This document shows positions 36,929 to 50,604 of a DNA stretch of 64,000 nt, in pieces. A program made the position numbers and the translations under genes. How positions within the stretch are numbered: position 1 is the first letter of the stretch; each line of letters opens with the position of its first letter. This DNA is from Carcharhinus amblyrhynchos (lineage: Eukaryota), in the NCBI GenBank assembly GCA_965287045.1, contig OZ336895.1, positions 2,790,001 through 2,854,000 on the forward strand. Direction: 5' to 3'. The notes under the pieces were generated by a model that had not been told where the DNA came from, did no database searches, and was given only the letters and a program-made list of their open reading frames with translations.

Positions 36929-38999
36929 TGTAGATCAGACTAGTGGTTGGGGGAGGCAGGGGGATGCTGATTTCCACAAGTGACGTTGGCAGTCTCCTTA
37001 GAAGGGTATATTGGACCCAGATCACACAGTCAGCTGGAGGAGGTTGATCTCTCTGGCTGGAAATGTTTTCTTCAGTCTTCTTGAGACAGTCAGAGTGTTA
37101 GACTCATACCAGTATGGATTGCTTTGAAAAGCTCGCTCCTCTTGTCTGAGATTTTCTTGAGCTAACCAAGGTGTTAGGCTGGAGCCATCATCTCAAGTAG
37201 CTCTCCTCCATCCAAAGTAATTTTTCCCTCTCAATCATCTGCTTAGTTACCTTTTTTTCTGGGACACTGACATCAATCATTTATTCTGGGAGGCGGTGAT
37301 GTCGTAGTATTGTCACTGGACTAGTAATCCAGACACCCAGGATGATACCCTGGGAACCCAGGTTCAAATCCCCCCATTGGCTGATAATGAAATTTGAATT
37401 AAATAAAAAACTGGAATTAAAAGTCTAATGATGAAATAATCACGAAACCATTATCGATTGTATTAAAATAAAAGCTCATCTGGTTTACTTATGCCCTTTA
37501 GAGAAGAAAATCTGCCCTCCATATCTAGTCTGACTTACGGGTGACCCCAGATCCTGTAATAGTGCTTGACTCTTAAATACCCTCTGAAATGGCCTGGCAA
37601 GCTATTCAATTCAAGGGCAATTAAGAATGGATGATAAATGCTGGCCCACCCACACCTTATGAAAATATTAAGAAAAATTATCAAAATTTTGGCAGGAGTC
37701 AGATATTCCTGGTAACCCTTCCTATTCTGGCTTGAAACCCAGGAAGTCATCTTTTGGTTCAGTGCTTGTTAAGATGTCCTGTTTAACCTTCAGACAGTTG
37801 GCTTTTGTATGGTCATGAAGTCGCGTGAACTCCCTATCAGGATTAGCAATTTCTTGTGCTCGAGCCATGTCCTTGGCAGAGATAATGACTTGGGCTTGTC
37901 AGCTCAGGAAGCTGCAATGGGAGCGTTCATTATGAGAGAGAGCGAGAAAGAGAGCGCAGTTTCTATAATAGTCAATAAATTACTGCAGGCTTTACAAAGT
38001 TATCATATGGTTGTTTCTTACAGTGACAACTCCCTTTTGGGAGTGAAGGAAGAAATAAGCTATTTAGTGATGTTTGGTATATTGACCAGGAAACCAAGAT
38101 AAATTCTAAGCTTGTTTCTTCCCACAGAATGAAAGACTTGCTGGTTAGGTGCATTGGCCACGCTAAATTTTTCCTCAGTGTACCCGAACAGGCACCAGAG
38201 TGTGGCAACTCGGGGGTTTTTACAGTAACTTCATTGCAGTGTTAATGTAAGTCTACTTGTGATACTAATAAATAAATTTAAAACTTAAACTCTTCCAATT
38301 GTGCCACAAAGGATACTATACATCACGCTGAGCAAACAACCAGGTTCCAGTTTAATATCTCTTCTGAAATTTAGTATCTCTGACAGTGCAGCAGCTGCAT
38401 GGCGCTGCACTAGGTTGTGCACCTAAACCATATGCTGAAGTCTTCAGAGCAGGTCATGAACCATAACGAGGCACAAATACTACCGGGAAGTAAGGCACAA
38501 AGAGGAGTAAAAAGAAATGGATCCCAAACCTTAGAACGGTGATTGAAAGCTTCTTCAGAGAAATAGAACTGGGCTTTCAAATGCCCTTGCCACTAAATTC
38601 GGGTGTGGACCTACTTTGAATGTAGAGGCAGAACGGGCAGACCTGCTTACCTCCCAATTAACTGCCCGTTAAGTTAATTGACTTTTTTTTGAAGAACTTG
38701 TCAATGAGATGGAGAGGGCCAGTAGGAAAATTTCAAAGTGAACAGTAAGAGTAAACAATCTGGAACACGTTAGTGCGCAGCTGTTGTGAGCACAGCAGGG
38801 AGCCATAATGTGATCTTTAATAAATGAGAGGAGGTTCCTTTGTAGATTACATGCTATTTTATGGATATCATACCACATAATGCATCATTGTGCTGCTTGG
38901 GCAGACTTACGAAACTTGAGGCATTTATGTGAAGGAGGCCACTCGGTCTTTCTATCAATGCTGGCATTTTGTAGTGCAATCCATAAGACTATAAGATAG

Positions 39000-39425
39000 A
39001 GGAGCAGAGGCAGGTATAATTTTGATTTTTAAGAAGCATTTAAACATTTACATGGGTAAGATGGGTATAGAGAGATATGAGCCAAATGCAGGCAATTGGG
39101 ATTAGCTCCGGGTTTTAAAAAAAGGCGGCATGGACGAGTTGAACCTCTATGACTCTATGAGGAGCAGAATTAGGCCATTTGGGCCATTGAATCAGTCTGT
39201 TCCGCAATTCAATCGTGGCTAATAAGTTTCTTAACCCCATTCTCCCGTGTTTTCCCTGAAACCTTTGATCCCCTTACCTATCAAGAACCTATCTCTCTGT
39301 CTTAAATCATTTTAATGACCTGACTTCCACAGCCTTCTGTGGAAATGAATTCTATTGATCCACCATTCTCTGGCTGAAGAAATTCTTCCTCATTCTTCAT
39401 TGTCCCTTTAATCTGAAGCTGTGCA
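39000..39425. mobile_element. CR1 3' fragments (tail-to-tail)
   Basis: CR1 3' UTR motifs on both strands. Confidence 0.65.
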
Positions 39426-40299
39426 AAAAAAATCCAAAACTACTTCTTCTGTCCTGCTCTGTCCTCAAAGCCATGTATCTTCCTTTAGTTTAATATTTAT
39501 TTAATTTGTCCTTAAAATGCAACCATCTCTGCCTTGGTCACTACCAATGACAAAGTATTCTATGCCCAACAATCTACAATTCTATTAATATCACTTCTCA
39601 TTCTCAGTGACAAGTTTATATTTATCATTGACTTCTCAACCAGAGGAAACTTGTCATTCTCTATGCATTCTGTCAATCTTCATAACTTTAAAATCCTCTA
39701 TTAAATCCCTGTTTAGTCTTCACTGCCCGGGGAGGATTAGTTCCAGTATCTCAAGCTTTTCTTTGTAACTAAAACTTTCCATCCCTGACATCGTCCCGGT
39801 GAATCTGTACTTTATGGCTTTAACGTCCTTCTACGATGGGGTAGTGCACACAGGGGGCAAACTACTGATGAACAAATATTTTGGACAAATTAATCATAAT
39901 AACAGAATCGAGGCATTTTGGAAGCAGACAGGAAGTGGAGTTAAAAGCATGAGTCACTCATAATTGTATTGAGTGGTGGTGCAGGCTCCCATTTCCCATA
40001 GCCTTACATTATACCTGCTGCTGCAATTAATAAAGCTAATATTTAGTTGGCTGTTTCATGTCAGTACATTTCATATCTCAGTATACTTGTGATTCATGGA
40101 TCTTTTGGTTTCTACTTCCTCTGACGTCTTTCCTTTGTTCATCTGGTCCCATTCCTTTGTTTTTCTCCAACCAAAATAAATAACCTTACACTTGTGCAAA
40201 TAAAATTATACCTTTGACCTTGTGATCCATTCTGTTAATCTTTCAATGTCTTCCTGACATTTTTACCCTCTTCCTCACTCATTGCCAGACCCCTTACTT

Positions 40300-40775
40300 T
40301 TGTGGAGAGAGAACCGAAAGTTTTGAGTCTGGATGACTCAAAACGTTAGCTCGGTTCTCTCTCCACAGATGCTATCAGACCTGCTGAGATTTTCCAGCAT
40401 TTTCTGTTTTAAAGTTTAAACTTTATGTATTAGTGTCACAAGTAGTCTTACATTAACACTGTAATGAAGTCATTCTAAAAATCCCCTAGCCACAACACTC
40501 CGGCGCCCGTTCGGCTACACTGAGGGGCAGTTTAGCACGGCCAATGCACCTAACCAAGACATCTTTTGGACTGTGGGAGGAAACTAGAGCACCTGGAGGA
40601 AACCCACGCAGACACGGGGGGGAACATTCCAACTCCACACAGACACAGTGACCCAAGCCGTGAATTGAGCCCGGGTCCCTGATGCTGTGAGGCAGCAGTG
40701 CTAACCACTGTGACCCCGTGCTGTCCCATTTTGTTTCAGATTCTGGCGTCCGCAGAAATTTGCTTTGTTTTCCTG
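40300..40775. mobile_element. Palindromic Penelope-like remnant with a nested V-SINE
   Basis: TGTGGAGAGAGAACCGA…TCGGTTCTCTCTCCACA inverted repeat, with a SINE at 40410-40727. Confidence 0.7.
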
Positions 40776-40984
40776 TACTTTGGTCTTGTTTGCAAGTGGT
40801 GAGGTTACAACCTTTTATCATCAAATTGTTGGAGGTGGAAGAGGATTTTGTCAGCCAATTTTACAGATAGGGGAGATATAGCAAGCATGTTCTTTGCCCT
40901 CAATACTGTTGACTCTCCACCCTGTGACTGCTATTTTTAAGTTGATCCTTTCCTCTGTCTCCTGTGCCAACAAAGTATTTCAAA

Positions 40985-41425
40985 TGTGTGAGGAATGTTT
41001 GAGGACTCTGGGTCTGTAGTCGATGGAGTTTAGGAGGGTGAGAGGGGATTTCATTGAAATTTACAGAATGCTGAAAGGCCTGGATAGCATGGATGTGGGG
41101 AAGATGTTTTCATGAGTAGGCGAGACTAGGATATGAGGGCACAGCCTCAGAGGAAAGGGACGACCTTTTAGAACTGGGATAAGGAAGAATTTCTTCAGCC
41201 AGAGCGTGGTGAATCTGTGGAATTCATTGCCACTGAAGGCTGTGGAGGCCAGGTCATTGAGTGTATTTAAGACAGAGAGAGATAGGTTCTTGATAGGTAT
41301 GGAGATCAAAGGTTACGGGGAAAAGGTGGGAGAATGGTGTTGAGAAACTTATCTGCCACGATTGAATGGTGGAACAGACTCGATGGGCCAAATGGCCTAA
41401 TTCTGCTCCTATTTCTTATGATCTC
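40985..41425 (+). mobile_element. CR1/HER1 LINE 3' fragment
   Basis: RVVNLWNSLP motif and 3' tail. Confidence 0.85.
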
Positions 41426-43044
41426 AAAGTACAGAATAGGTCTCTCTGCGCATTCCAAATGATTGCCTTTCATTATTCCATGAACAGAAATCTGAATATG
41501 TGTTAGCGCAACACCAGAATCAGAGGCACCCTATTGGTGCTGTACTTTATTTTATTACAGATAAACAGCACATAGTGTATTTAAATTTTAAAATGTTTTT
41601 TACTTTTCTTATGCAATGTGACAGTTACACCAGAGTAGATAATGTGACAGCGATAAATGTTTAATGATGAGACAAGTTGATTCAGATTGTGTCTGTTTGT
41701 CAGTCTTTTTAAGAATTAAGTGCTTGATTCTGAACATTTATATCACAGTGAAGCAAAGCATTAGTTTGTTTGCGTGCTGTGCCACTGATTTGGATTACAT
41801 GGGTTTGCCCCGCAAGATTCTTGTTTGTCCCGAGGTGGTGTTATTTTTTGCTCTCGAGATTTTTTAAAAAATTCATTTGTGGGACATGTGTGTCGCTGGG
41901 TGGCCAGCATTTATTGCCCATCCCTAGTTGCCCTTGGAGGGCCTTTCAGAGTCAACCACATTGCTGTGGCTCTGGGGTCACATGCAGGCCAGACCGGGTA
42001 AGGACAGCAGATTCCCTTCCCTAAAGGACATTTGTGGACCAGATGGGTTTTTCCGACAATCGACAATGGTTTCAGGATCATCAGTAGATTCTTAATTCCA
42101 GATTTTTTTTAGTGAATTCCGATTCCATCATCAGCTGCGGCGGGATTCGAGTTTCTGGATTAAGAGTTCAGCGATAATATCATTCAGCCATCAGTGCAGT
42201 CATTGGGAGTTTACAAGTATTTTAAAATCCATCTACGTTGGCTCGGATTTGTGCAAGGTTATGCCATTTCACCCTTTGCAGTTGTGGCTTCCGTTGCTAT
42301 TATTTTTAAAAAACATTTAGTTGTCACTTATCATGACCTCAGGAAGTCCCAAAGCACTTATACTCAATGAGGTTACTTCTGAAGAGTAATACCTTTTTTG
42401 ATTCATTCGTGGGTTGTGAGCATTGCCAGCTGGCCAGCAGTTACTGCCCACCCCTAGCTGCCCAAGGGCAGTTAAGAGTCAACCATATTACTGAGGCTCT
42501 GGAGACACATGTAGACTAGCTAAGGATGGTAGATTTCCATCCAGTCCAAAGATGTGTGGGTTAGGTGCATTGGCCATGCTAAATTACCCCTTCCTGTCCT
42601 GGGGTGCATACGTTAGAGGGATTAGTGGGGAAAATGTGGGGAGTTGCGGTGATAGGGCCTGGGTGGGATTGCTGTCGGTGCAGACTTAATGGGCTGAATG
42701 GCCTCCTTCTGCACTGTAGGGATTCTATGATTTCCTTCCCTAAAGGACATTAGTGAACCAGATGGGTTTTCTGACAATCGACAATAGTTTTATGGTCATC
42801 AGTAGATTCTTAATTCCAAATATTTTTTATTAAATTCAAATTCCACCCCTTCTGTGACTGGATACAAACCCAAGTCCCCAGAACATAAGCTGAATTTCAG
42901 GATTAATAGCCCAACAATAATACACCAGACCGTCACCCCCCACACTGGCACCATGTTGCAGGAAAAGCAGCAAGCAATTTGTGTGCAGCAAGCTTTCACA
43001 GTTAGATATTGACCAGAGATGATAGTTAACTATCATATATATTG

Positions 43045-43388
43045 GGTGGCATGGTAGCACAGTGGTTAGCACTGCTGCTTCACAGCCCCAGGGCCCTGGG
43101 TTCGATTCCCGGCTCGGGTCACTGTCTGTGTGGAGTTTGTACATTGTCCTCGTGTCTGTGTGGGTTTCCTCCAGGCGCTCCGGTTTCCTCCCACAGTCTA
43201 AAGATGTGCAGATCAGGTTGATTGGCCATGCTAAAATTGCCCCTTAGTGTCCTGAGATATGTAGGTTAGAGGGATTAGTGGGTAAAATGAGGGATATGGG
43301 ACTAGGGCCTGGGGGGGATTGTGGTTGGTGCAGACTCGATGGGCCGAAGGGCCTCTTTCTGCATTGTAGGGTTCTATGATTCTATGAC
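43045..43388 (+). mobile_element. HE1-type V-SINE
   Basis: Full-length, relatively young copy. Confidence 0.9.
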
Positions 43389-44181
43389 TGCAAAGATAAA
43401 CCAGATCATTGGTGAAAACTCCCCTTGTTATTCATTGAATAGAGTTGTGGGATTATTTATGTTACCTGAGAGGGTGGACAGCAGAAAAATGTGTATTTCT
43501 GCTGACAAAAAATGCACTCTGGTTGTGCTGTCAGCTTTAGCAGAACGGGTAACATTCCCGCCTCCGTGTCAGAAGATTGTGGCTTCAAGTCCCATTCAAG
43601 AAACTTCAGCACGTAAGCTAGGCTGTCATTCCAGTGCAATACTTCTTGGTCTTTTGGCTAAAGTCAAGCGCTGGATCATGCCTAAGATGGGGTACAATGC
43701 CTAATCTTGTCACCTTGGATCTTGTTTGTCTCCCTTGCAGTCTGAAAGTCGTGCTGGTTAGGTGCATTGGCCACGCTAAATTCTTCCTCAGTGAAGCCAA
43801 ACAGGTGCCGGAGTGTGGTGACTGGGGGATTTTCACATTAACTTAATTGCAGTGTCAATGTAAGCCTACTTGTGACACTAATAAATAAATAAACTTGCGG
43901 GGACCATTAATTGGATTCAATTGGATTTTGAATTTGGTTTTTGGAAAGCGAGGGATGGATTTGGGTTTGTCCAATCCACTCTGAGCATTGGCTTTGTTAC
44001 TTTAAAGATGGAGTAAAAAATGTTTTTTTTAAGTTTCAGTGCAGTACTCAGGGAGCATTGCATCGTCTTGATTTTGAAGCTGTTTTCCAGAGAAACGTTG
44101 CATGTGCTTGTATTGTTTTCAGGAGCCATTGTAGGGCGCGGGAATAGTGAGGGGAGACTGATATCTGAGGCCAGCCAGAAG

Positions 44182-44485
44182 CATAGAATCCCTACTGTGT
44201 AGAAGGAGGCCATTCGGCCCATCAAGTCACACCAACTAAAATCCCATCCAAGCTCAATTCCCATAACCCCACATATGTACTCTGTTAATCCCCCGACACT
44301 AATTTAGCATGACCAATCAACATAACCCACATACCTTTGGAGTGTGGGAGGAAACCAGAGGAAACTCACACAGACACGGGGAGAACATGCAAACTCCACA
44401 TAGTCAGTGACCCTGGCCGGAATTGAAACTGGGTCTCTGGCGCAGTGAGTCAGCAGTGCTAACCATTGTGCCACTATGCTGCCCT
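44182..44485 (-). mobile_element. HE1-type V-SINE
   Basis: Full-length copy. Confidence 0.9.
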
Positions 44486-46059
44486 GAAGATGTAAGTAAG
44501 ATTCCTCCTCCTGCGCTGGCAATTCAATTCTTCATGAGGTCAATTTTCAGTTACACCCAGGCTACTTGGGAGAAAGAGTAGAAATATTCAAAGCACTAAA
44601 GAATCAAATGTTGTTTTCTTGTACTTTCATCACAAAGTGTCGATGAAGTGTCGATGGCCAAAATATTTTTCAAGTGGATTTCTTATTCTTTCAGTCAGAG
44701 AAAGAGTAAAGCTAAGGGAAAGGACACTGTATATACGGGAATAAAGGACAGTATCTCCCTGCGCAAACAAAACGATAATACTCTTTTATGAGTTGTGTGA
44801 TCAATATAATTTATTACCCATGTCATAAAGACTTGCCTTATGCATTCACTGATGTTCAGATTATCAGTCATGCATGTATTATTCAGTCATTTGATTGAAA
44901 CTGGCTCGACAATGATCATATAATTACTTGAATTGCAACCTTCTCTGCAATACCAGTGTTGTGGATATCCCCAGTATAATTCGAAGTAGTTCGCTGAGTT
45001 GGATTTCAACAGGATCCTGTGATATTGGATAATCTAATATGGTAATTTGGTAATGTGAAGTGACTGTTAGACACAGGAAATCAGATGTCTTCCACTAAGC
45101 TATAAGGCCATTATTCAATTGAGTAGTTCTTTGTGACATAGTAAACCGCAAGGGAAACTCAAGTGATTTACGAACTCCAGCAGGGGCACAAACTGAAATA
45201 TGTCTTAAATCCCTGCAGGACATTTATTATTTTCTATAATAAGCTCCTTTTCTGTGCATTGTTTGTGGCAAGTTGGAGGCTTATTTTGGAAAGATAGCAT
45301 ATTGCAATGTATGAGCCTGTTACCAAGGTGAAACTGAGTCCCTTTAAGATAATTAGTTCTAATTGCTGTTAAAAGGCACATCACGCGGTCAGTTAGATGT
45401 TAATTGACAATTGCAAAAAGTAAGTGCCACACGCACAGTGAACACATCGATACAAGACTTTGATCTCTAGTGACATAAACAGAGACTGAATGAAAGAGAG
45501 AGATATATAGTGATAGTTCTTTATAAGTTGTTCAATGTAACTTGGGTGCAAAGTTGTCTAAGTCTCATTGAAGCTCAAGATGTCAGATGTTCCAGCATTG
45601 CAACAGCTACAGACTAATTTGATTCAATCAGCTGGGAATCTTTTTGTTATGATGCCACAAAGTAGATGGGGGATCATCGATAGATCTCCCCAAGGACTTT
45701 ATGGAGTGCAAACTCCCTTACTGAGTAAGTAGTAGCTCACCCAATGGGAAGTAAACAGCAGGGGATTAAAACCTGTTGCTTCAACTCAGACCCTTGTTGT
45801 AGGGCCCAGGTATTGCCTTGTTTACTGTAAGCACTGGGTGTGAGTCTTCCTTTGGTCATCAATAAAGGATTTTTCAGTGATAGAAGACTGGCTTTGGTGG
45901 AATTATTACATTTTTAAATAACTTTTTTGTCTTGAGTGTTAAAGGCCCCATGGGACAGTTGTCTCTCTGTAAACATTAAATCTCCATTTTCTTTCAAATG
46001 TTGGTGAAGAGTGTTTCCTGGTGTTGTGTACTGACCACTGAACTAGCCAATGCCATGAA

Positions 46060-47000
46060 CAACATTTGATATGACTGGAATATATTGATACACACATCAT
46101 CACCAACTTCTCTGCAGCCTCTGATAGGTCGACCACCTCATGCTCTTCCACCTAGCCTCTTCTGTACAGGTGACAATCTTTTCTTCATTGCTTTCTTATC
46201 TGTAGCAGAAACTCATGTCCTGTCTTTCCACCTAAAGATGCATCATGGAACAGTGCAGAAAGAGGCCATCTGACCCATCAGGCACCTGAACAATCCCACT
46301 CAGGCCCTTTTCCTTTAACTCCATGTATTTACCCTGCTAGTTCCCCTCACACTAAGGGGCAATTTAGCATGGCCAATCCACCTAATCCATAAATCCTTGG
46401 TTCCTTCCCCTTTCTCATTTATATTCTATCCCTCTGACAATATCATCTGGAGAAATGAAGTTGACTTCCGCATGTATGCTGCTGATGCTCAGAGCTGCCT
46501 CTCCATTTCTTCTCAACCTCCCCACTGCCTCTCTGTGTTATCAGATTCCTTGTCAAACATGCAGAATTTGGAAGACCTGAAATGCCCCTAGCGAAACACT
46601 GAGTAGACTGCCTGTCAGCTTCTGCCACAAACTCTACATGTTAATTCCAATCCAGCCTCCACCTGAGTCCAATCCAACTGTTGAGAGGTTCCGTGCCCTA
46701 TTCAAACCTTGGGTTGAGCTTCCTAACTCTTAACTCCTCCATTGCAAAAGCTGCTTATTACCAGTTCTGTAACATCGCCAGCTTCTGCCCCACCTCAGGA
46801 CATGTGTTGCCGAAATCTCCATCCATGCCTTTGCCATCTGCAGATGCAACATTGCCAATATTCTCTTAACTGTGTATCAATACCAAGTTCCAAGTTCCGT
46901 GTCCTCAGCACAGTTAGATGCCGCTGTCCAGACGCATCTCATATCAAGACTTTCTCACTCATCACCCTTGTCCTTGAGCACTGGCACTGGAAGCCAATAT
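46060..47000 (+). mobile_element. Old L2 LINE RT remnant
   Basis: Degenerate F(H/R)MYA(D/A)D(T/A)Q RT motif in ORF 46397-46591. Confidence 0.6.
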
Positions 47001-47549
47001 TTGTGAACCGAAAGCACATGGTGCTACATAAAACATTTAATAATATGTGGCTTTACATATGAAGAAAATTATCTTAATTTGTTGATAAACTGCTCGCCAG
47101 CTAACCTTCAACTGACTGAAGAGGCAGCTTGTTGGCACAGTGGTCAGCACTGCTGCCTCACAGTGTCAGGGACCCGGGTTCAATTCTGGCCTCAAGTATC
47201 TTGGGAAATCCCCATGTCTGTAGGATTCAAGGTAGGTTTCGCCGGATGATCCGGTTTCCTCCACAATCCAAAGATGTGTGGGTTAGATTGATTGGCCATG
47301 CTAAATTGTCACTTATTGTCACAGGGATTAACAGGATAAATAGACAGGTTACATAATAGGGCCTGGTTGTTGGTACAGGCTTGATGGGCTGACTGGCCTT
47401 CTTTTGCACTGTAGGGAGTCTATGAGGGGATTTTCAGGCCTTCCTCATCCCAAAACTGGAAAATCCCACTCGAAGTCAATAGATCTTTCCATGATCCATC
47501 CCTTGCCTGCTCTGATTCCTGTGGCGGTCAAGGCAGTAAAATTTTGGCC

Positions 47550-47735
47550 TGTGAGTCTTTATCAGGTCTGTGCTTTATATGCTGTGTCTGAGGCCAGAAC
47601 TCTCTATTCACCTGATGAAGGGGGTAACCTCGAAAGCTAGTGAGTTTACTATCAAATAAATTGGTTGGGCTTAAACCTGGTATTGTCAGACTTTTTACTG
47701 CGTTTACCCCAGTCCAACGCCGGCATCTCCACATT
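47550..47735 (+). mobile_element. Penelope-like element pLTR remnant with a minimal type I hammerhead ribozyme (47606-47645)
   Basis: ATTCAC-CTGATGA-A-GGGG GTAA CCTC-GAAA-GC-TA-GTGAGT. Related copies at 52040-52185 and 55135-55420. Confidence 0.7.
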
Positions 47736-47739
47736 AAGA

Positions 47740-48275
47740 TTCACTGGCCAGAAAGGCAATCCAACAGCAGCTTCACCTCCAAGTCAACATGCCCAATGTT
47801 GAAGCACTAATCACTCAAAACCAGCTTGACTGGCAGGATATGTTGTTCAGATGCATCGATATCAGACCCCCAAAGCAACTGCTCTATTGGGGACTTGTTC
47901 ATGGCAGAAGTTTCCCCGGAGAACAGGGGAAGTGCTGCAGGGATGTCCCCAAAGCACCCCTGAGTAGGACAAACATCATTACTGGCTCATGGGAGACCCA
48001 GGTTTGCGACCGTCCAAAATGGAGGAGGCTCATTCGGGAAGGGAGCAAACAACCCAAGAAACTTCCATGGGAACATGCAGAGGAGAAATTGAGGTGTCAG
48101 AAGGAACCTCCAAGCAATCCATAAACCTAATCCTTCAACAACCACTTGCCCCATATATGCCAAAAATCTACAGATCGCTCAATGGATTCACCAGCCATCT
48201 CAAAATCCACTGAACCAGAATGGGAGCAAGTTATTTTCAACCAAGAGGAACTGCCTAAGAAGGAGAAGAAGAAGA
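47740..48275 (+). mobile_element. RTE-clade LINE 3' fragment
   Basis: QLDW…RPPKQLLYWGL…WE…DRPKWR, the RTE C-terminal signature, with a (GAA)n tail. Confidence 0.8.
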
Positions 48276-48909
48276 GCTGATATATCAGAAAAAAGCACTG
48301 GAAGGTTATACCAAATTTAAAGATGAAAATAATTTCAATAATGCCTCAATCAGAAATTCACTTCATGGACTCTGTAAAAACACTAGGCAGACAAATGAGC
48401 CCCAGGTTCACTCTCTCATTTCGGTACAATTAGCTGTTAAAAACAGCTGAGAGAAAAAAAGTAGTTGTATTTACATAATACCTCATCACATCATCAAAAC
48501 ACTTCGAAATTAATTACTTTCAGAAGCAGTGGCTGTTGCTACAGAGGCAAACACAAAAACTGTTCTACTCCAGTGAGATGCTGTAAAGCTGCAGTGAGAT
48601 AAATGAGTCGTTACTCTTTTGTTTGGCGTTACCTGTTGAGGAATGGATGTTTGGCCAAGGGACTGAGAGATCTATGTGTATTTCTTCCAGTCGTGCCATG
48701 AGGCCCTCACGTCCAACCGATCCAGTAATCCTGGCTAAGCATCTTGTCGTGGGGTTAAAACCAATTGGGACTTAGATTCGTAAAGTCGTTCGCTGGAATA
48801 ACTACCGCCCCACCCACCACCGGGTTCGGAATGGGCGAGGGACAGACAATGTTGACCTCGGGCAAAATTTTCTGGATCTTGGGTCGAGCAAGGTTGTAAA
48901 ATCCCACCT

Positions 48910-49770
48910 TCAGAGCTTTACAACACAGAAATAGGCCCTTCAGCCCATCGTGTCTGTGCCAGCCCTCAAACTTATTCTAATCCCACTTTCCAACACTTGG
49001 TTCATGGCCCTATGTGCTATGGTGTTTCAAGTGCTCAACTAAATTTTTTCAAATGTTATGAGTGTTCCTGCCTCTGCCATCCTTTCATGATGTGAGCTCC
49101 ATTTTCCCACCAATCTCTGTGTGAAAAACCTTTCCTCAAATCCCCTCTCAGTCTCCTGCCCCAACCATAAAAATATGTCCCCTGATATTGACCCTAACAT
49201 GGTGGTACAGTGATTAGCGTTGCTGCCTCACAGCGCCAGGGACCCGGATTCGATTCCAGCCTTGGATCACTGTATGTATGGAGTTTGCACGTTCTAAAAG
49301 TATCTGTGTGGGTTCCACTGGGTGCTCCAGTTTCCTCCCACAGTCCAAAGATGTGCAAGTTAGATAAATTGGGCTGTGCTAAATTGTCCCTTAGTGTTCT
49401 GAGATAAATTAGGAGGATTAGTGGGTTAAATATGTGGGGTCATTAGGGATAGAGCAAAGGTGGGCACTGGGAGGATGCTCTGTCAGAGAGTCGGTGCAGA
49501 CTGAATGGGCTGAATGGCCTCCTTCGGCCCTGTAGGGATTCTAGGAATCTACGAAGGGGATATGTTTCTTGCTATCTCTGTTACTCATAAAATTTTATAT
49601 CTCAATCAGCTCCTCCCACCCCCTGCCTCCCCCCTCCATCCCCACCCTCAGCCTTCTCTGCTCTAAGGAAAGCAATGCTAGCCTAACCAGTCTCTCTTCA
49701 TAACTAAAACACTCCAGCTCACCCCGATTAATCTCCCCTGTGCCCTTTCTAGTGCAGTCAGATCATTCCC
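48910..49770. mobile_element. CR1 3' fragment (-) with a nested HE1 SINE (+, 49197-49550)
   Basis: CR1 tail motifs on both sides of the SINE. Confidence 0.75.
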
Positions 49771-50089
49771 TGGACTTGGATAGGGATTTAAACAACCTGG
49801 ATTCATGCCACAGATCACGATGCAGTGACCCTCAATGCTGACAAACAGACATGGACAGGAATCGGTTGAGAGATTGGGATTGGTTTGGGTGTGATGTCCC
49901 TCTGTCCAACACTCCCATTCCAGGCTGAGGTGTGAACAGTAATGATCCATGGAATGCAGAGTCAGACTCCAGTCTGTGAATCAGTGCCTTACCAATAAAA
50001 CAGAGGATTAACAAACAGTTTACAAAGAGACTGTAATGATTTTAATCAGGCAGGTGAGGTTGGTCTGCTTGAATATGAACTCCATGATT

Positions 50090-50487
50090 AAATGGGGAGA
50101 GGCCGGGTGGGGTGTGTTGCGGGGAAAGAGGAAGACCTCCTCATGAACCTGCTTCTGGGCCTGGCAAGGCGTTCCATCTCCAGGTCCAGGCAGCGGGTGA
50201 TCGAGGGGGTCGTCCAACCTGTCTGCCGCAGCTATATTCGTGGCCAGGTGTCCCTGGAGAGAGACCATGCGATGTCCGGGGGCACTGTTAATGCCTTCCA
50301 CACCTGCTGGCCACCACAGGGACTGGGGTGTATTATTGACCCCTTTAATCATATTTTAATTTGATATTTTAAGTTTCCTTTCCACTTTGCCTTTTGTTTC
50401 AGGTGGCTCCCTTCCTTTTGGGAGCTGCCCCTTTTAAGTTGTCCCTGTGTTAGTTTGATTTAGTTTATTTGGTTGAACCACAAAAGA
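50090..50487 (+). mobile_element. Tx1-like (L1 clade) LINE 3' fragment
   Basis: EDLLMNLLLGLAR…YIRGQVSLERDHA…AFHTCW ORF2 end with a T-rich 3' UTR. Confidence 0.7.
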
Positions 50488-50604
50488 TGTCCATGATTAA
50501 GGGCCAAATTGATGGTCCAGTCAGACAGTCCCATGCACTGTACTTAAACAGGAGTGTCAGTTCCTCTGGCACTCCGGAGGGAAACTGCATACTGAGAGCT
50601 CTCC

